The notes: generated from the sequence alone by a model not told the origin. A stretch of DNA of 56,514 nt from Gemmatimonadales bacterium (GCA_039794085.1 JBDIWC010000026.1:1-56514); one strand, 5' to 3'; positions 46,482-56,180 are shown, numbered from the stretch's first letter. Program-made: numbers and translations.

Positions 46482-48263
46482 CTACTGAAGCAGGTCCGCG
46501 AGTCGTCGAGTTTCCGGAAGGGGGTCCACGCCAAGTTCGTCGTGCAAGAGGCGGGCACAGACCTCATACTGTGCCCGCGCCTCCGCACGGTGTCCGTGGG
46601 CGGTCAAGGTTCGGATCAGCGTCTGGTGCAGGTCTTCCCGCAGCGGATCGGCGAGCAGGCCCCGGCGGAGCCAGGTGATTCCTCGAAGGGCCTCTCGCTC
46701 CGCAACCCAGAGACCGGCAAGCCGGGCGCTCAGGTCCACGTAACGGTGCCGGAGTTCTGATCGTTCAAGATCGCACCAGCCGGCGTACGGCTCGTCACCG
46801 AAGAGATCGCCGCGGTACAGCTCCAGCGCGGCTTCCAGGTGGTGGATCGCCTCCTCGCGCCGACCCCGGCGCTCCGCGTCGTGCGCGCTGGCAGCGTGCC
46901 GGCGAAACGCGAAGATGTCGGTCCAGTGCGGCGACTCCATGTTGAAGTAGCACAGATCGCCGATATTGCACACGAAGATCCAACGCCGCTGCTCTCGATA
47001 GGGTTCGATGGCCATGCGAAGGGCGTGCAGGACTCCGTGGAGCCGGTTGGCCCCGGTTCGCGCGCCCACTCCGGGCCACAGGCGATCGGCCAGAGCCTCG
47101 CGGCTGATGGGGTTGCCCGCGCCCAGCACCAGAAGCTTGAGCAGAGTGAGTGCCTTGCGGCGCACGAATGCTTCCGGCGGGACGGGTTGCCCGTGCAGCA
47201 GAACATCGAAACTACCGAAACACCGGAGTTCCAGCACAGGCGTGACCGAGCCCGGCACGACATCGGCGGGCGGGCGTCCCGCCCGAGACGGTGCCAGCCG
47301 CACCGCCGCCGCATGGGCCATCGTGAGCAGCGGAACAAGATCGCGACCCGGCGGGATCGGCGGATCCTCTCCCCGGTCCAGCACCACCACTCCGTGCAAT
47401 CGTCGACCCGACCGGAGCGGAAGACACAGCGGAGAGGTCGTCGCGTCCGGGAGACAACGACACGCCTCGGGCCAGGTGCTCCGCACGCTGGTGAGCGCGA
47501 TCCCGTGCCCGTCCGCGACCATGCGGCACCGGAGCCGCCCGTCGGCCGCAGCTGCACAGATGAGCGTCCCCTCGGAGGTGCTGAAGAGGGTAGTCTCACC
47601 CCCATCCGCGTCGTAGAGGGCCAGGGTGCCGCCCCGAGCGCCCGCGGCCTGAATGATGGCATCCAGGCACACTTTTCCACGCACCGCCGGCTCGGGGCCC
47701 GCGTCGTCCACCGCACGATCAACCAGGTCTTGCGCCACGAGCAACCCCGCCTGGATCGCCGTCGCAATCGGCCTGGCAACGACGGACAACAGCTCCGCGC
47801 ATCGCTCGACGGGCGCACGGAGGTCACGCCACGCAAAGTCGATGCATCCCAGCGCTCCGTCCGTCCCCTGGAGAGGAACGCTCACGAAGCAGACGATGCC
47901 GCGGCGGGTCACCCCGTGGCGCAGGAAACGCCGATCGCGATCGAGGTGACGAGCGAGGATCCGTTCCCCGGTGGCGGCGACCAGACCCGGATATCCTGCT
48001 CCCGTCTCGAAACGCACGATCTCCATGAGTGCGTCGCGATCCGGGCCGCAGCACGCCGCGAGGATGAGATCCCCTCCCTCCGGCTCCCGCAGAAAGATTT
48101 CGCAGTCATCGGCACCGGTCGCGGTCCGCAGGAGGTTCACGGCCGCGTCGAGACTGCGGCCAAGATTCTTCGGCGCCAGCTCCGCGGTAAGTCGCCCGAG
48201 GAGCAGAAGATCCCCGGACGGGGTTCCAGGGTTCGCGTTTTCGCCCACATGTCCTGAATCCAT
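46482..48263 (-). CDS. GAF-domain SARP-family (wHTH + BTAD) transcriptional activator
   Basis: N-terminal GAF-like domains; LELRCFGSF..RRKALTLLKLL..SREALADRLWP; ALELYRGDL; DPLREDLHQ..ELGVDPLPET. Confidence 0.9.
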   Translation of the reverse strand: MDSGHVGENANPGTPSGDLLLLGRLTAELAPKNLGRSLDAAVNLLRTATGADDCEIFLREPEGGDLILAACCGPDRDALMEIVRFETGAGYPGLVAATGERILARHLDRDRRFLRHGVTRRGIVCFVSVPLQGTDGALGCIDFAWRDLRAPVERCAELLSVVARPIATAIQAGLLVAQDLVDRAVDDAGPEPAVRGKVCLDAIIQAAGARGGTLALYDADGGETTLFSTSEGTLICAAAADGRLRCRMVADGHGIALTSVRSTWPEACRCLPDATTSPLCLPLRSGRRLHGVVVLDRGEDPPIPPGRDLVPLLTMAHAAAVRLAPSRAGRPPADVVPGSVTPVLELRCFGSFDVLLHGQPVPPEAFVRRKALTLLKLLVLGAGNPISREALADRLWPGVGARTGANRLHGVLHALRMAIEPYREQRRWIFVCNIGDLCYFNMESPHWTDIFAFRRHAASAHDAERRGRREEAIHHLEAALELYRGDLFGDEPYAGWCDLERSELRHRYVDLSARLAGLWVAEREALRGITWLRRGLLADPLREDLHQTLIRTLTAHGHRAEARAQYEVCARLLHDELGVDPLPETRRLADLLQ

Positions 48264-48352
48264 CCGAGCACCTCCCTTTGGACTTCAGGCCTCTGTAATC
48301 TGGCCCCATTCCGGGTGCGGCACCAGCGCCCGGGGGGGAGTGTTGGACAACG

Positions 48353-48435
48353 TAGGCGGTAGGCGGTAGCGGTAGGCGGTAGCGGTAGGCGGTAGGCGGT
48401 AGGCGGTAGCGGTAGGCGGTAGGCGGTAGGCGGTG
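48353..48435. repeat. Tandem (TAGGCGG/TAGCGG)n repeat
   Basis: About 12 units of 6-7 bp, read directly. Confidence 0.9.
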
Positions 48436-48543
48436 GGCGAATGTACTACGCCCTATGTCCCATGTCCTGGGTGTCGGGGCGTTGGACGCCGGGTATAGAT
48501 TCCGACCTTCGACCCGAACCATTCCTTCCGAGGAGAGATTCCG

Positions 48544-49230
48544 ATGCACTGGACCCGACTGACGACGGTCACGACACTGAGCCTCGCGGGCGTGGCCGTG
48601 GCCTTGCTCGTCCTGCCCGGTGGCACAACGGCCCAGGACCCGACCCAGCAGGAGATGGGCTTCTTCATTACCAGCGTGGGAGTGGGGAAGGGCGCGGACC
48701 TTGGCGGACTGGAGGGTGCCGACCGGCACTGCCAGACCCTCGCGGCCGCCGTGGGAGCGGGAAATCGCACCTGGCGCGCCTACCTGAGCACCCAGGCGGC
48801 CGACGGAAAGCCCGCCGTCAACGCCCGGGATCGGATCGGCGCCGGACCATGGCACAACGCGGCGGGGCTCCTGATCGCGTCAAGCGTGGATCATCTCCAC
48901 TATGACAACTCGAACATCAACTACGACCACGCTCTCAATGAGCGGGGTGAGAAGGTCAACTCCGGTGCCAAGGGAAACCAGCCCAACATGCACGATATCC
49001 TGACCGGCACCCGGCTCGACGGCACCGCCTTCCCCGCCGGCGAGGACCGGACCTGCGGCAACTGGACCAGCGCCGGCACCGGGAGTGCGATGGTGGGTCA
49101 TCACGACCGGTTCACTCGGACCACTCCGGGCGGTTCGTGGAATTCGGCCCACCCGAGCCGAGGGTGCAGCCAGGAGGATCTGGCTGGCAGCGGTGGAGCT
49201 GGGCTCTTCTACTGCTTCGCCACCAACTGA
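48544..49230 (+). CDS. Secreted lectin-like (endostatin/collagen NC10-like) protein
   Basis: FFITS.G...GADLGGLEGADRHCQ.LA; TWRAYLS; HDILTG; CGNWTS; GLFYCFA. Confidence 0.8.
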   Translation: MHWTRLTTVTTLSLAGVAVALLVLPGGTTAQDPTQQEMGFFITSVGVGKGADLGGLEGADRHCQTLAAAVGAGNRTWRAYLSTQAADGKPAVNARDRIGAGPWHNAAGLLIASSVDHLHYDNSNINYDHALNERGEKVNSGAKGNQPNMHDILTGTRLDGTAFPAGEDRTCGNWTSAGTGSAMVGHHDRFTRTTPGGSWNSAHPSRGCSQEDLAGSGGAGLFYCFATN

Positions 49231-49252
49231 GATCCCTGTGTTTCATCCAAGC

Positions 49253-49276
49253 CCCCCCTCCAAACGTGGAGGGGGG
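49253..49276 (+). terminator. GC hairpin after the lectin-like gene
   Basis: CCCCCCTCCA-AACG-TGGAGGGGGG; no U-tract. Confidence 0.4.
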
Positions 49277-49488
49277 AATCAGGGCTTCTGGACTGAGACC
49301 GTCAGTGAATTGACACCCACGGAGAGTTCCTGCTGATCCCTTGACCCTGTTCACCCCGCTTCGTCATCAGGCATAATCGACATGTGAGATTCCCCGCACG
49401 CAGAATGTTGCATCTCGCCCGAGTACCCGGCGGGCATGACGGGCGTCGCCCTCGCCGAAGTCACTTAGTGACAACCACTTTGTAACAC

Positions 49489-49504
49489 CGGCACCAAGCT
49501 TGCC
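49489..49504 (+). promoter_or_regulatory. Sigma-54 promoter CGGCACCAAGCTTGCC
   Basis: Near-consensus GGCAC-N5-TTGC, ~80 bp before the pilin-like gene. Confidence 0.75.
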
Positions 49505-49585
49505 TGAAGCTTCGCGGCAACATGCCGACAATTGTGGAATCTCACCCCGTACCAGGGATGACTCACTGTCGTGATTCCTTGCGCG

Positions 49586-50074
49586 ATGCCGAATCCTCTC
49601 CGGCCCGTCGCTCCGGCGCCGAACCGGGCCGGACTCACCCTCATCGAGTTGATCTCGGTGCTGGTGATTCTTGGCATTCTCACTGCGATGGGAACGCGAC
49701 AGTTGACCGAGGTTCGGCACCAGGCCCAGGTGGCACGCGCTATCGGTGACATTCGGGCCATTCAAACCGACCTGACCACCATCGAGATCGGCGGCCAGCC
49801 GCTGCCGGGGTCTTTGAACGAGATCGGTCGGGGGGGAATGGTGGACCCGTGGGGGGAGCCCTATGTGTACTTCCCCTTTCCTCCCACGAAGGGCGGCGCT
49901 CCTCCTGCGGGGTCCCGGCGGGATCGTTTCCTTGTTCCCATCAACAGTACGTATGACCTGTACAGCAAGGGCCGGGATCGCGCGACGAACGTCACGCTGA
50001 CGTCACCGGCCGGCCGGGATGACATCGTGCGCGGCAACGACGGCGGGTTCATCGGACTCGGATCCCGGTTCTGA
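49586..50074 (+). CDS. Prepilin-type N-terminal cleavage/methylation protein (GspG-like C-terminus)
   Basis: AG|LTLIELISVLVILGIL; DPWGEPY; YDLYSKGRD; DDIV. Confidence 0.88.
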   Translation: MPNPLRPVAPAPNRAGLTLIELISVLVILGILTAMGTRQLTEVRHQAQVARAIGDIRAIQTDLTTIEIGGQPLPGSLNEIGRGGMVDPWGEPYVYFPFPPTKGGAPPAGSRRDRFLVPINSTYDLYSKGRDRATNVTLTSPAGRDDIVRGNDGGFIGLGSRF

Positions 50075-50075
50075 C

Positions 50076-52214
50076 ATGTGGTGGAACATACCCCTCTTCG
50101 ACACCCGGGTTGGCCGACGTCTCGTCGCCCTCTTCCTGCTGTGCGCCATCGCGCCGATCTCCCTCATGGCGGTCTTCGCCTACCATCATGTGGGGCGGCA
50201 GCTCGAGGCGCAGTCCCGCGGCCGCCTCGAGACTCTCGCAAAAACCACCGGTATGGGGATTGCCCAGCGCCTCCTGATGACTCGGCGGGTGCTCGAGGAG
50301 CACGCCCTGAGAATGAATGAGCACATCAACGAGAATGGAGACCGGGAACTCCCTCCCGGCGTTGTGGGCTTGACCCGCGCCTCCCTCGGGGAGGTGGCCA
50401 AACGTCATCCCCGGGCTGTGGATCAGCTTCTGGCCGACCGGGCCCTCCTCGAAACAGAGCCGACGTCGGGAGGCGTTCGGATCGGCGTTCTCATCCCAGG
50501 CACCGAGACGGTACTCTGGGGCACGGCCGACCCGGAGTTTCTCTGGGGAGTACGCGATGGCACTCTTCCCCTTCCCGAGGGTGTGGACCTCTGCGTCTTT
50601 GCCTCGGGCGGTCGCTCCCTGGCCTGCACGGTCGCGGACTCGCTTGATCTCCGCCGGGCTCTCTTCGCGGAGGGCTTGGAGACCGGGGTTCCCCGGGAAA
50701 TCCGGTGGGACGGGGAAAGCGGGGCGCAGATTGGAAGCGCCTGGAATCTGTTCCTTGCCTTCGAGTTCGGAGCCGAGCCGTGGCACACGGTGGTGAGTGA
50801 GCAGATGGCCTCGGTCACGTCTCCGATTCGAACTTTCGGTACCACATTCATGGGCCTCGTGGTGCTCACCACGTTTCTGGTCCTCGGCTTGTCCGCCTGG
50901 CTGATCCGCCGCAGCATGGCGCCGTTACGGGAGCTGCAGGAGGCCACGGTGCGGCTCGCCAGCCAGGACCTCCAGCATCGGGTGGCCATCCGGTCCACCT
51001 CCCGGGACGAGTTCCACGATCTGGCCCACTCCTTCAATCGGATGGCGAGCCAGATCGAGCGACATGTCGACACTCTCCAACACACCAACGCCATCGATCG
51101 TGCGATCCTGTCCACGCTCAATCGCACCGAGGCTGCCGAGGTCATCCTTCAGCATGGCCTCGACCTGCTCCCGTGCGATGTCCTGGGATTTGGCCTCGCG
51201 CGCACCGAGGACCCCGCGGCGCCCTGGGATGTCACGATCCGGCATCCCGGAACCCCCATGTCGTGCGTCGGTTCGGTGTGTCTGCCGGGTGGCCAGCGGG
51301 AACGACTGGCCTCGGAACCTGACGGAATCTCCATGCCACCCGACATGGTGGAAATGCTGCACCGCGCACGGCTGATCCCGGAGGTCATCATGCACTGTGT
51401 GGCCTTCCCCGTCGCGGTTGATCACCGCCTGGCGGGAATACTCCTTCTCGGTTCGCGCACTCCGAGCGACCTGGACAACCCGACGAGGCTGCTGATCCGG
51501 CATCTCGCCGACCAGGCAGCGGTCGCCATCTCCAACATCCTCCTCGTGGAGGCCCTCGGACACTTGCATCGCGGCGCTCTGCAGGCGCTGGCCCGCACGA
51601 TTGACGCGAAGTCACCGTGGACGGCCGGACATTCGGAACGCGTCACCTCCATCGCCGTCGCGCTTGGCGAGTGGATCGGCCTTCCCGAGCCGGAACTCGA
51701 GCGACTCTATCGCGGAGGATTGCTGCACGACATCGGGAAGATCGGAATCCCGGGGGAGATTCTCGACAAGGCGGGCCCGTTGACCGAGGACGAACGTGCC
51801 ATCATCGAAACTCACCCCGTGGTGGGAGCCAGGATCCTCACTCCGGTCACTCCCTATGCGGACGTGCTCGGCATGGTGCGAAGCCACCATGAACGATGGG
51901 ATGGCCACGGGTATCCGGACCAGCTCGCTGGAGAGGCCATTCCGCGCCTCGCCCGTATCCTGTCGGTGGCCGATGTCTACGACGCCATCTCCTCCGCACG
52001 TCCCTATCGCGACCGGATGGCCCCCGACGAGGTCCTGGCCATCATTCGGAAGGGGGTCGGAACCAGCTTCGATCCGGCCGTGGCCACGGCCTTCCTCGCC
52101 ATGATGGAACAGACCCAACCCGGACGTGATCCCGTTCCCCGCTGGAACCGGGGGGATCTCACCGAGTCGATCGTTTTGACCGGCGGGGTTGCAACACCGG
52201 AGAGCGCGGCATGA
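50076..52214 (+). CDS. Membrane HD-GYP cyclic-dinucleotide phosphodiesterase (periplasmic sensor, HAMP, GAF)
   Basis: Two TMs; DEF.DLA.SFN.M; GHSERV; LLHDIGK; HHERWDGHGYPD; ADVYDA. Confidence 0.93.
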   Translation: MWWNIPLFDTRVGRRLVALFLLCAIAPISLMAVFAYHHVGRQLEAQSRGRLETLAKTTGMGIAQRLLMTRRVLEEHALRMNEHINENGDRELPPGVVGLTRASLGEVAKRHPRAVDQLLADRALLETEPTSGGVRIGVLIPGTETVLWGTADPEFLWGVRDGTLPLPEGVDLCVFASGGRSLACTVADSLDLRRALFAEGLETGVPREIRWDGESGAQIGSAWNLFLAFEFGAEPWHTVVSEQMASVTSPIRTFGTTFMGLVVLTTFLVLGLSAWLIRRSMAPLRELQEATVRLASQDLQHRVAIRSTSRDEFHDLAHSFNRMASQIERHVDTLQHTNAIDRAILSTLNRTEAAEVILQHGLDLLPCDVLGFGLARTEDPAAPWDVTIRHPGTPMSCVGSVCLPGGQRERLASEPDGISMPPDMVEMLHRARLIPEVIMHCVAFPVAVDHRLAGILLLGSRTPSDLDNPTRLLIRHLADQAAVAISNILLVEALGHLHRGALQALARTIDAKSPWTAGHSERVTSIAVALGEWIGLPEPELERLYRGGLLHDIGKIGIPGEILDKAGPLTEDERAIIETHPVVGARILTPVTPYADVLGMVRSHHERWDGHGYPDQLAGEAIPRLARILSVADVYDAISSARPYRDRMAPDEVLAIIRKGVGTSFDPAVATAFLAMMEQTQPGRDPVPRWNRGDLTESIVLTGGVATPESAA

Positions 52215-52834
52215 GTCCCTCCGATCCACGAGGAGACGCCCCCGAAGCGCGACGCCAGGGTGACGAAGTCCGCGACGAGCTTCGGGAGTTCCTGGCTCAA
52301 GCCGCTGTGAGTCTCGTGCTCGAGGGGGGTAACCCACCGAAGTCCACGGAGCCGGAACCGACCCCTTCTTCGGTCCCCCTCTCCGGGAGGCGGACCCGTC
52401 AGGCCCATCGTTCCACCTCGCTCTCGGCGTTCCTCCTTGTCTCGGCGACTGCCATCGCCGTCGTGCTGTGGTGGCCAGAGCCGGTGCAGCTTCCGGAGGC
52501 GCTGCAGGGTCGTTGGACCACCCGCGCGCCAGCGTTCACCGGCCGGGAACTGATCATCGGATCGCGCACCCTTGGCTTCCGTGTGGACCCCGAGGAGCCG
52601 GAGCAGATCTACCCCGTCACGGCGCGGCGCATCACGGCGAGGGGAGACGCCCGGGACATCCGGATCGAATACGACACGCCGGAGGGACGGTTCACCGTCG
52701 TCCTCTCGCTGTCTCCCGACGGAATCCGACTGGCCAATCGGAGCGAGGTGCTGTGGACTCGCGCCGAATCGATGTCACCCGGACGCAGTGAGAAACTTCG
52801 GTTCACACCGATCCATTCCCGCTCCCTGGAATAA
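52211..52834 (+). CDS. Hypothetical membrane-anchored protein
   Basis: ATGA overlap with the HD-GYP gene; one TM followed by a beta-rich domain. Confidence 0.65.
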   Translation: MSPSDPRGDAPEARRQGDEVRDELREFLAQAAVSLVLEGGNPPKSTEPEPTPSSVPLSGRRTRQAHRSTSLSAFLLVSATAIAVVLWWPEPVQLPEALQGRWTTRAPAFTGRELIIGSRTLGFRVDPEEPEQIYPVTARRITARGDARDIRIEYDTPEGRFTVVLSLSPDGIRLANRSEVLWTRAESMSPGRSEKLRFTPIHSRSLE

Positions 52835-53023
52835 CCGACAAGACTTCCCTGGCCGCGCGTATGGGATCGAGAGCGGGTCAAGTGCACCGCGAGGAATCTG
52901 GCGCCGGTTCGCATTTCGGGTGTCATCAGTCCAGACCATCATCTGAAGTGACTCGGCCTGAGGGCGACGTCCCATGTCGAGACCGCGCGACTGCATGCGG
53001 GGCCATCACCCGGGAGGGATACG

Positions 53024-53533
53024 ATGAGACCGGTGCGCTATTCGGTAGCTGCGAGTCTGGATGGTTACATCGCCGGACCGAACGGCGAGTTCGACTGGAT
53101 CCCGATGGATCCGGAGATCGATTTCGGGGTCATGATGAGCCGGTTCGACACCCTGATCATGGGCCGACGGAGCTGGGAGGCAGCGCAGGCGACGGGGGGA
53201 GTGGGAATGCCGGGAATGGAGACGTTTGTCGTCTCCCGCTCTCTCAAACGCGTCGGCAAGGGAGTCACTGTGGAGCGGGATCCCGTGGACCTGGTGAGTA
53301 CCCTGAAAACACGGGAGGGGAAGGAGATCTGGCTCTGGGGCGGAGGGAACCTCTTCCGCAGTATGCTCGACGCCCGCCTGGTCGACGTCGTCGAGGTGGC
53401 CGTGATCCCCATCCTGCTCGGCGGGGGGGGTCCGCTGGTCGTGCCCACCGACAGCCGCGTGCCGCTCCGGCTCGTGAGCCATCGGGTCTACCCGACCACC
53501 GGCACCGTCATGCTCGAGTATGGAATGGCGTGA
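53024..53533 (+). CDS. Dihydrofolate reductase / RibD C-terminal family protein
   Basis: SLDGYIAGPNG, MGRRSW, IWLWGGG, VIPILLGGG. Confidence 0.92.
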   Translation: MRPVRYSVAASLDGYIAGPNGEFDWIPMDPEIDFGVMMSRFDTLIMGRRSWEAAQATGGVGMPGMETFVVSRSLKRVGKGVTVERDPVDLVSTLKTREGKEIWLWGGGNLFRSMLDARLVDVVEVAVIPILLGGGGPLVVPTDSRVPLRLVSHRVYPTTGTVMLEYGMA

Positions 53534-53540
53534 AGGCCCT

Positions 53541-53651
53541 CAGATCCCTCGCCTGCGGCTCGGGATGACCCGATGGCTTGTCCTATGTCCTAAAATGTCC
53601 TATGTCCTACGTCCTAATGTCCTACGTCCTAATGTCCTACGTCCTATGTCC
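53541..53651. repeat. REP-like palindrome (53541-53569) followed by a (TGTCCTA/CGTCCTA)n heptamer tract (53579-53651)
   Basis: Read directly; the tract includes the stop codon of the convergent ADH gene. Confidence 0.85.
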
Positions 53652-54702
53652 TCTCCTGGATCGTCGACATGTCGATCACGAAGCGGTACTTCACGTCGCC
53701 CGCCAGCATCCGGTCCCACGCGGTGTTCACCTCGGGCATGCGAATGACCTCCACGTCGGCGGTGATGCCGTGCGCCGCACAGAAATCAAGCATTTCCTGG
53801 GTTTCGGGGAGCCCCCCGATGAGGGATCCCGCCAGGCTGCGCCGCTTCAGGATCAGGGAGAAGGCCTGGTGTTCCGGATGAGGTGACGCCGGGGCACCGA
53901 GCAGAACATGGGTACCGTCGCGGACGAGGGTGTTCAGGTAGGGATCGAGCGCGTGGGGTGCCGCGACCGTGTCGAGAAGGAGATCGAGGGACCCGGCGGC
54001 GGCCTCCATGTCGGACTCGCTTCGGGAGACCACTGTGCGTTTCGCTCCGAGCCGTGCGGCGTCCACCGCCTTCCCCGGCGAGGTGGTGAAGAGGGTGACG
54101 TGAGCCCCCATCGCGGTGGCGAGCTTCACCGCCATGTGACCGAGCCCTCCGAGGCCGACCACCCCGACGCGCATGCCGGGTGCGCAATTCCAGTGGCGGA
54201 GCGGGGAGTAGGTGGTAATCCCCGCGCAGAGCAGCGGAGCGGTCGCCGCCGGATCGACCCCCTCCGGCATGCGCAGCACGAAGTGGCGATTCACCACGAT
54301 GGTGTCGGAGTAGCCACCATAGGTGGGGCGCCCCGTCTCCTGCTCGACACCGAAGTAGGTCCCGGTGTACCCCGTCTCACAATAGTTCTCCAACCCCGCG
54401 GAACACGAGGGGCAGGTCCGGCAACTGTCGACCAGACACCCGACCCCGACCAGGTCGCCCACGTGGAGGTCGCCCACGGCGGAACCGACCGCCGCGACGT
54501 GACCGACGATCTCGTGGCCGGGCACGGCGGGGTACTCGATCGGCGCCCAATCGCCGCGGGTAAAGTGCAGGTCGGAATGACAGATGCCGCAGAAGCGGAT
54601 GTCGATGCGAACGTCGTGGGCACCGACATCCCGGCGCTCGAACGACCACGGGGCGAGGGGTGCGTCGGCGGCGGGGGCGGCCCAGGCGCGGGCGGGAATC
54701 AT
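53644..54702 (-). CDS. Zn-dependent NAD(P) alcohol/aldehyde dehydrogenase (cinnamyl-ADH/YahK type)
   Basis: CGICHSD, PGHEIVG, CRTCPSC..C, APLLCAGITTYSPL, GLGGLG, DVKYRFVID. Confidence 0.96.
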   Translation of the reverse strand: MIPARAWAAPAADAPLAPWSFERRDVGAHDVRIDIRFCGICHSDLHFTRGDWAPIEYPAVPGHEIVGHVAAVGSAVGDLHVGDLVGVGCLVDSCRTCPSCSAGLENYCETGYTGTYFGVEQETGRPTYGGYSDTIVVNRHFVLRMPEGVDPAATAPLLCAGITTYSPLRHWNCAPGMRVGVVGLGGLGHMAVKLATAMGAHVTLFTTSPGKAVDAARLGAKRTVVSRSESDMEAAAGSLDLLLDTVAAPHALDPYLNTLVRDGTHVLLGAPASPHPEHQAFSLILKRRSLAGSLIGGLPETQEMLDFCAAHGITADVEVIRMPEVNTAWDRMLAGDVKYRFVIDMSTIQERT

Positions 54703-54924
54703 TGGAATCTCGTTGCGGGAGGGTGAGCCATGCGTGAAGGTATTCTGGGGGCCATCGGATCTCCAGTGCGGGACTACACCTCACTCAGTCATCCAGGTGG
54801 CAGCAAGCGTCCCTGACATCACCTTTGTAGTGAAGCAGTGATCCTCTTGCGTTTTGGTTCTCCGACCTGCATTGTCGCAATGTCATTCTGCCGACAGCCG
54901 ACCGTTTTCCAAGGAGGCACCCAT

Positions 54925-55539
54925 ATGTCGCGTCTCATGTCCCTCGCCGCCGCTCTCGCCTTCCTGGCCTGCAGCCCGGTTCCTTCCCCCGACTCTACCG
55001 ACTCGGGCGCCGCAGCCGCTGGCCCGGCCCCGGGATCGGTGGAGTGGAAGATCGAGGCCTACTCCAGCGCGGCCCCCCCGGCGATAGCCGCGGGCGCCAC
55101 CGTCCTCGACTGGAACGATTCACTCACGGCACACAGCGTGGAGCTCCGGGCTGGGACCAACGGCTGGACCTGCCTGCCCTTCATGCCGCCGCCGGCCGGG
55201 GGCTATACCAGTGCCGTTCAGGCGGCACCGATGTGCGCCGACTCGCTCTCCATGGTGTGGGCCGCCGGGTACGTGGGGCGCGTCACGCCCGCCAACACGT
55301 CCATTGGCCTGGCCTACATGCTCCATGGGGATCTCGGCGCGAGCAATACCGACCCGTTTGCCACGGAGTCCTCTGCCGAGAACGACTGGGTGGTGACGGG
55401 CCCCCACGTGATGGTGTTCCCCGCCAATCCGGCATCCCTCGATGCGATCCCGGCCGACCACCGGACGGGCGGTCCCTACGTCATGTGGAAGGGGACACCC
55501 TACGCCCATGTGATGATGCCGGTCAGCTCGCCGGAGTAG
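54925..55539 (+). CDS. Hypothetical lipoprotein
   Basis: RBS AAGGAGG; lipobox FLAC; GTNGWTC, PMC, YML.GD, GPHVM, PYVMW.GTPYAHVM. Confidence 0.8.
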   Translation: MSRLMSLAAALAFLACSPVPSPDSTDSGAAAAGPAPGSVEWKIEAYSSAAPPAIAAGATVLDWNDSLTAHSVELRAGTNGWTCLPFMPPPAGGYTSAVQAAPMCADSLSMVWAAGYVGRVTPANTSIGLAYMLHGDLGASNTDPFATESSAENDWVVTGPHVMVFPANPASLDAIPADHRTGGPYVMWKGTPYAHVMMPVSSPE

Positions 55540-55903
55540 ACGGGGCGGGCTCCCAGAGCTGGATCGGATTGCCCTCGGGGTCGTACACGGTGGCGAAGCG
55601 CCCGTTCGGATAGAGCTCCGGGTCCACCTCCACGGCGATCCCGGCGGCCTCGAGCTGGGCGACCATCGCCGCAAGGTCCCGGACCCGGAAGTTCACCATC
55701 CACATCTGCTCCGCTCGCCCGAAATAGGTCGTGTCTCCGGGAAAGGGCTGAAACACCGTCGGTCCCGCCTCCTGGAGCCAGGGTTCCGATCCGTAATCCG
55801 TTGGCGTCAGGGTCACGCCGAGGTGGTCCTGATACCACTGGGCGATGTCCTTCGGGGCGTTGGCACGGAAGAAGAGGCCGCCGATACCGGTCACACGTTC
55901 CAT
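55523..55903 (-). CDS. VOC/glyoxalase family protein
   Basis: MERVTGIGGLFFRA; MVNFRVRDL; DPEGNPIQLWEP. Confidence 0.93.
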   Translation of the reverse strand: MERVTGIGGLFFRANAPKDIAQWYQDHLGVTLTPTDYGSEPWLQEAGPTVFQPFPGDTTYFGRAEQMWMVNFRVRDLAAMVAQLEAAGIAVEVDPELYPNGRFATVYDPEGNPIQLWEPAPSTPAS

Positions 55904-55961
55904 GGTGTTCTCCTGATGTTCTGGCTCGCCGTATGGGAAACTCTGATCAGTTGCCCAGCTC

Positions 55962-56041
55962 CGTCATTCCCGCGCACGCGGGAATCCATTTTCCTCTTGA
56001 AGCCCTCGTTTACATGGATCCCCGCGTCCGCGGGGATGACG
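55962..56041. repeat. Inverted pair of REP-like palindromes
   Basis: CGTCATTCCCGCGCACGCGGGAATCCA and TGGATCCCCGCGTCCGCGGGGATGACG. Confidence 0.85.
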
Positions 56042-56180
56042 ATCGACCAGAGATTCCCAAGTCAGATGATCGGTTTGGGGACGAAATTGCGCAAGGGCAG
56101 TTGTGAGCATCTTCCGGCGGACCCGGTGCTGACCGACGATGCGGGCAGATATCCCCTCTTCGATCTGGAAGGAGTGCCCG

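Noticed and set aside
48353..48435. Possible CRISPR array (also 9808 and 53579)
   Set aside because: 6-7-bp tandem units with no unique spacers and no cas genes
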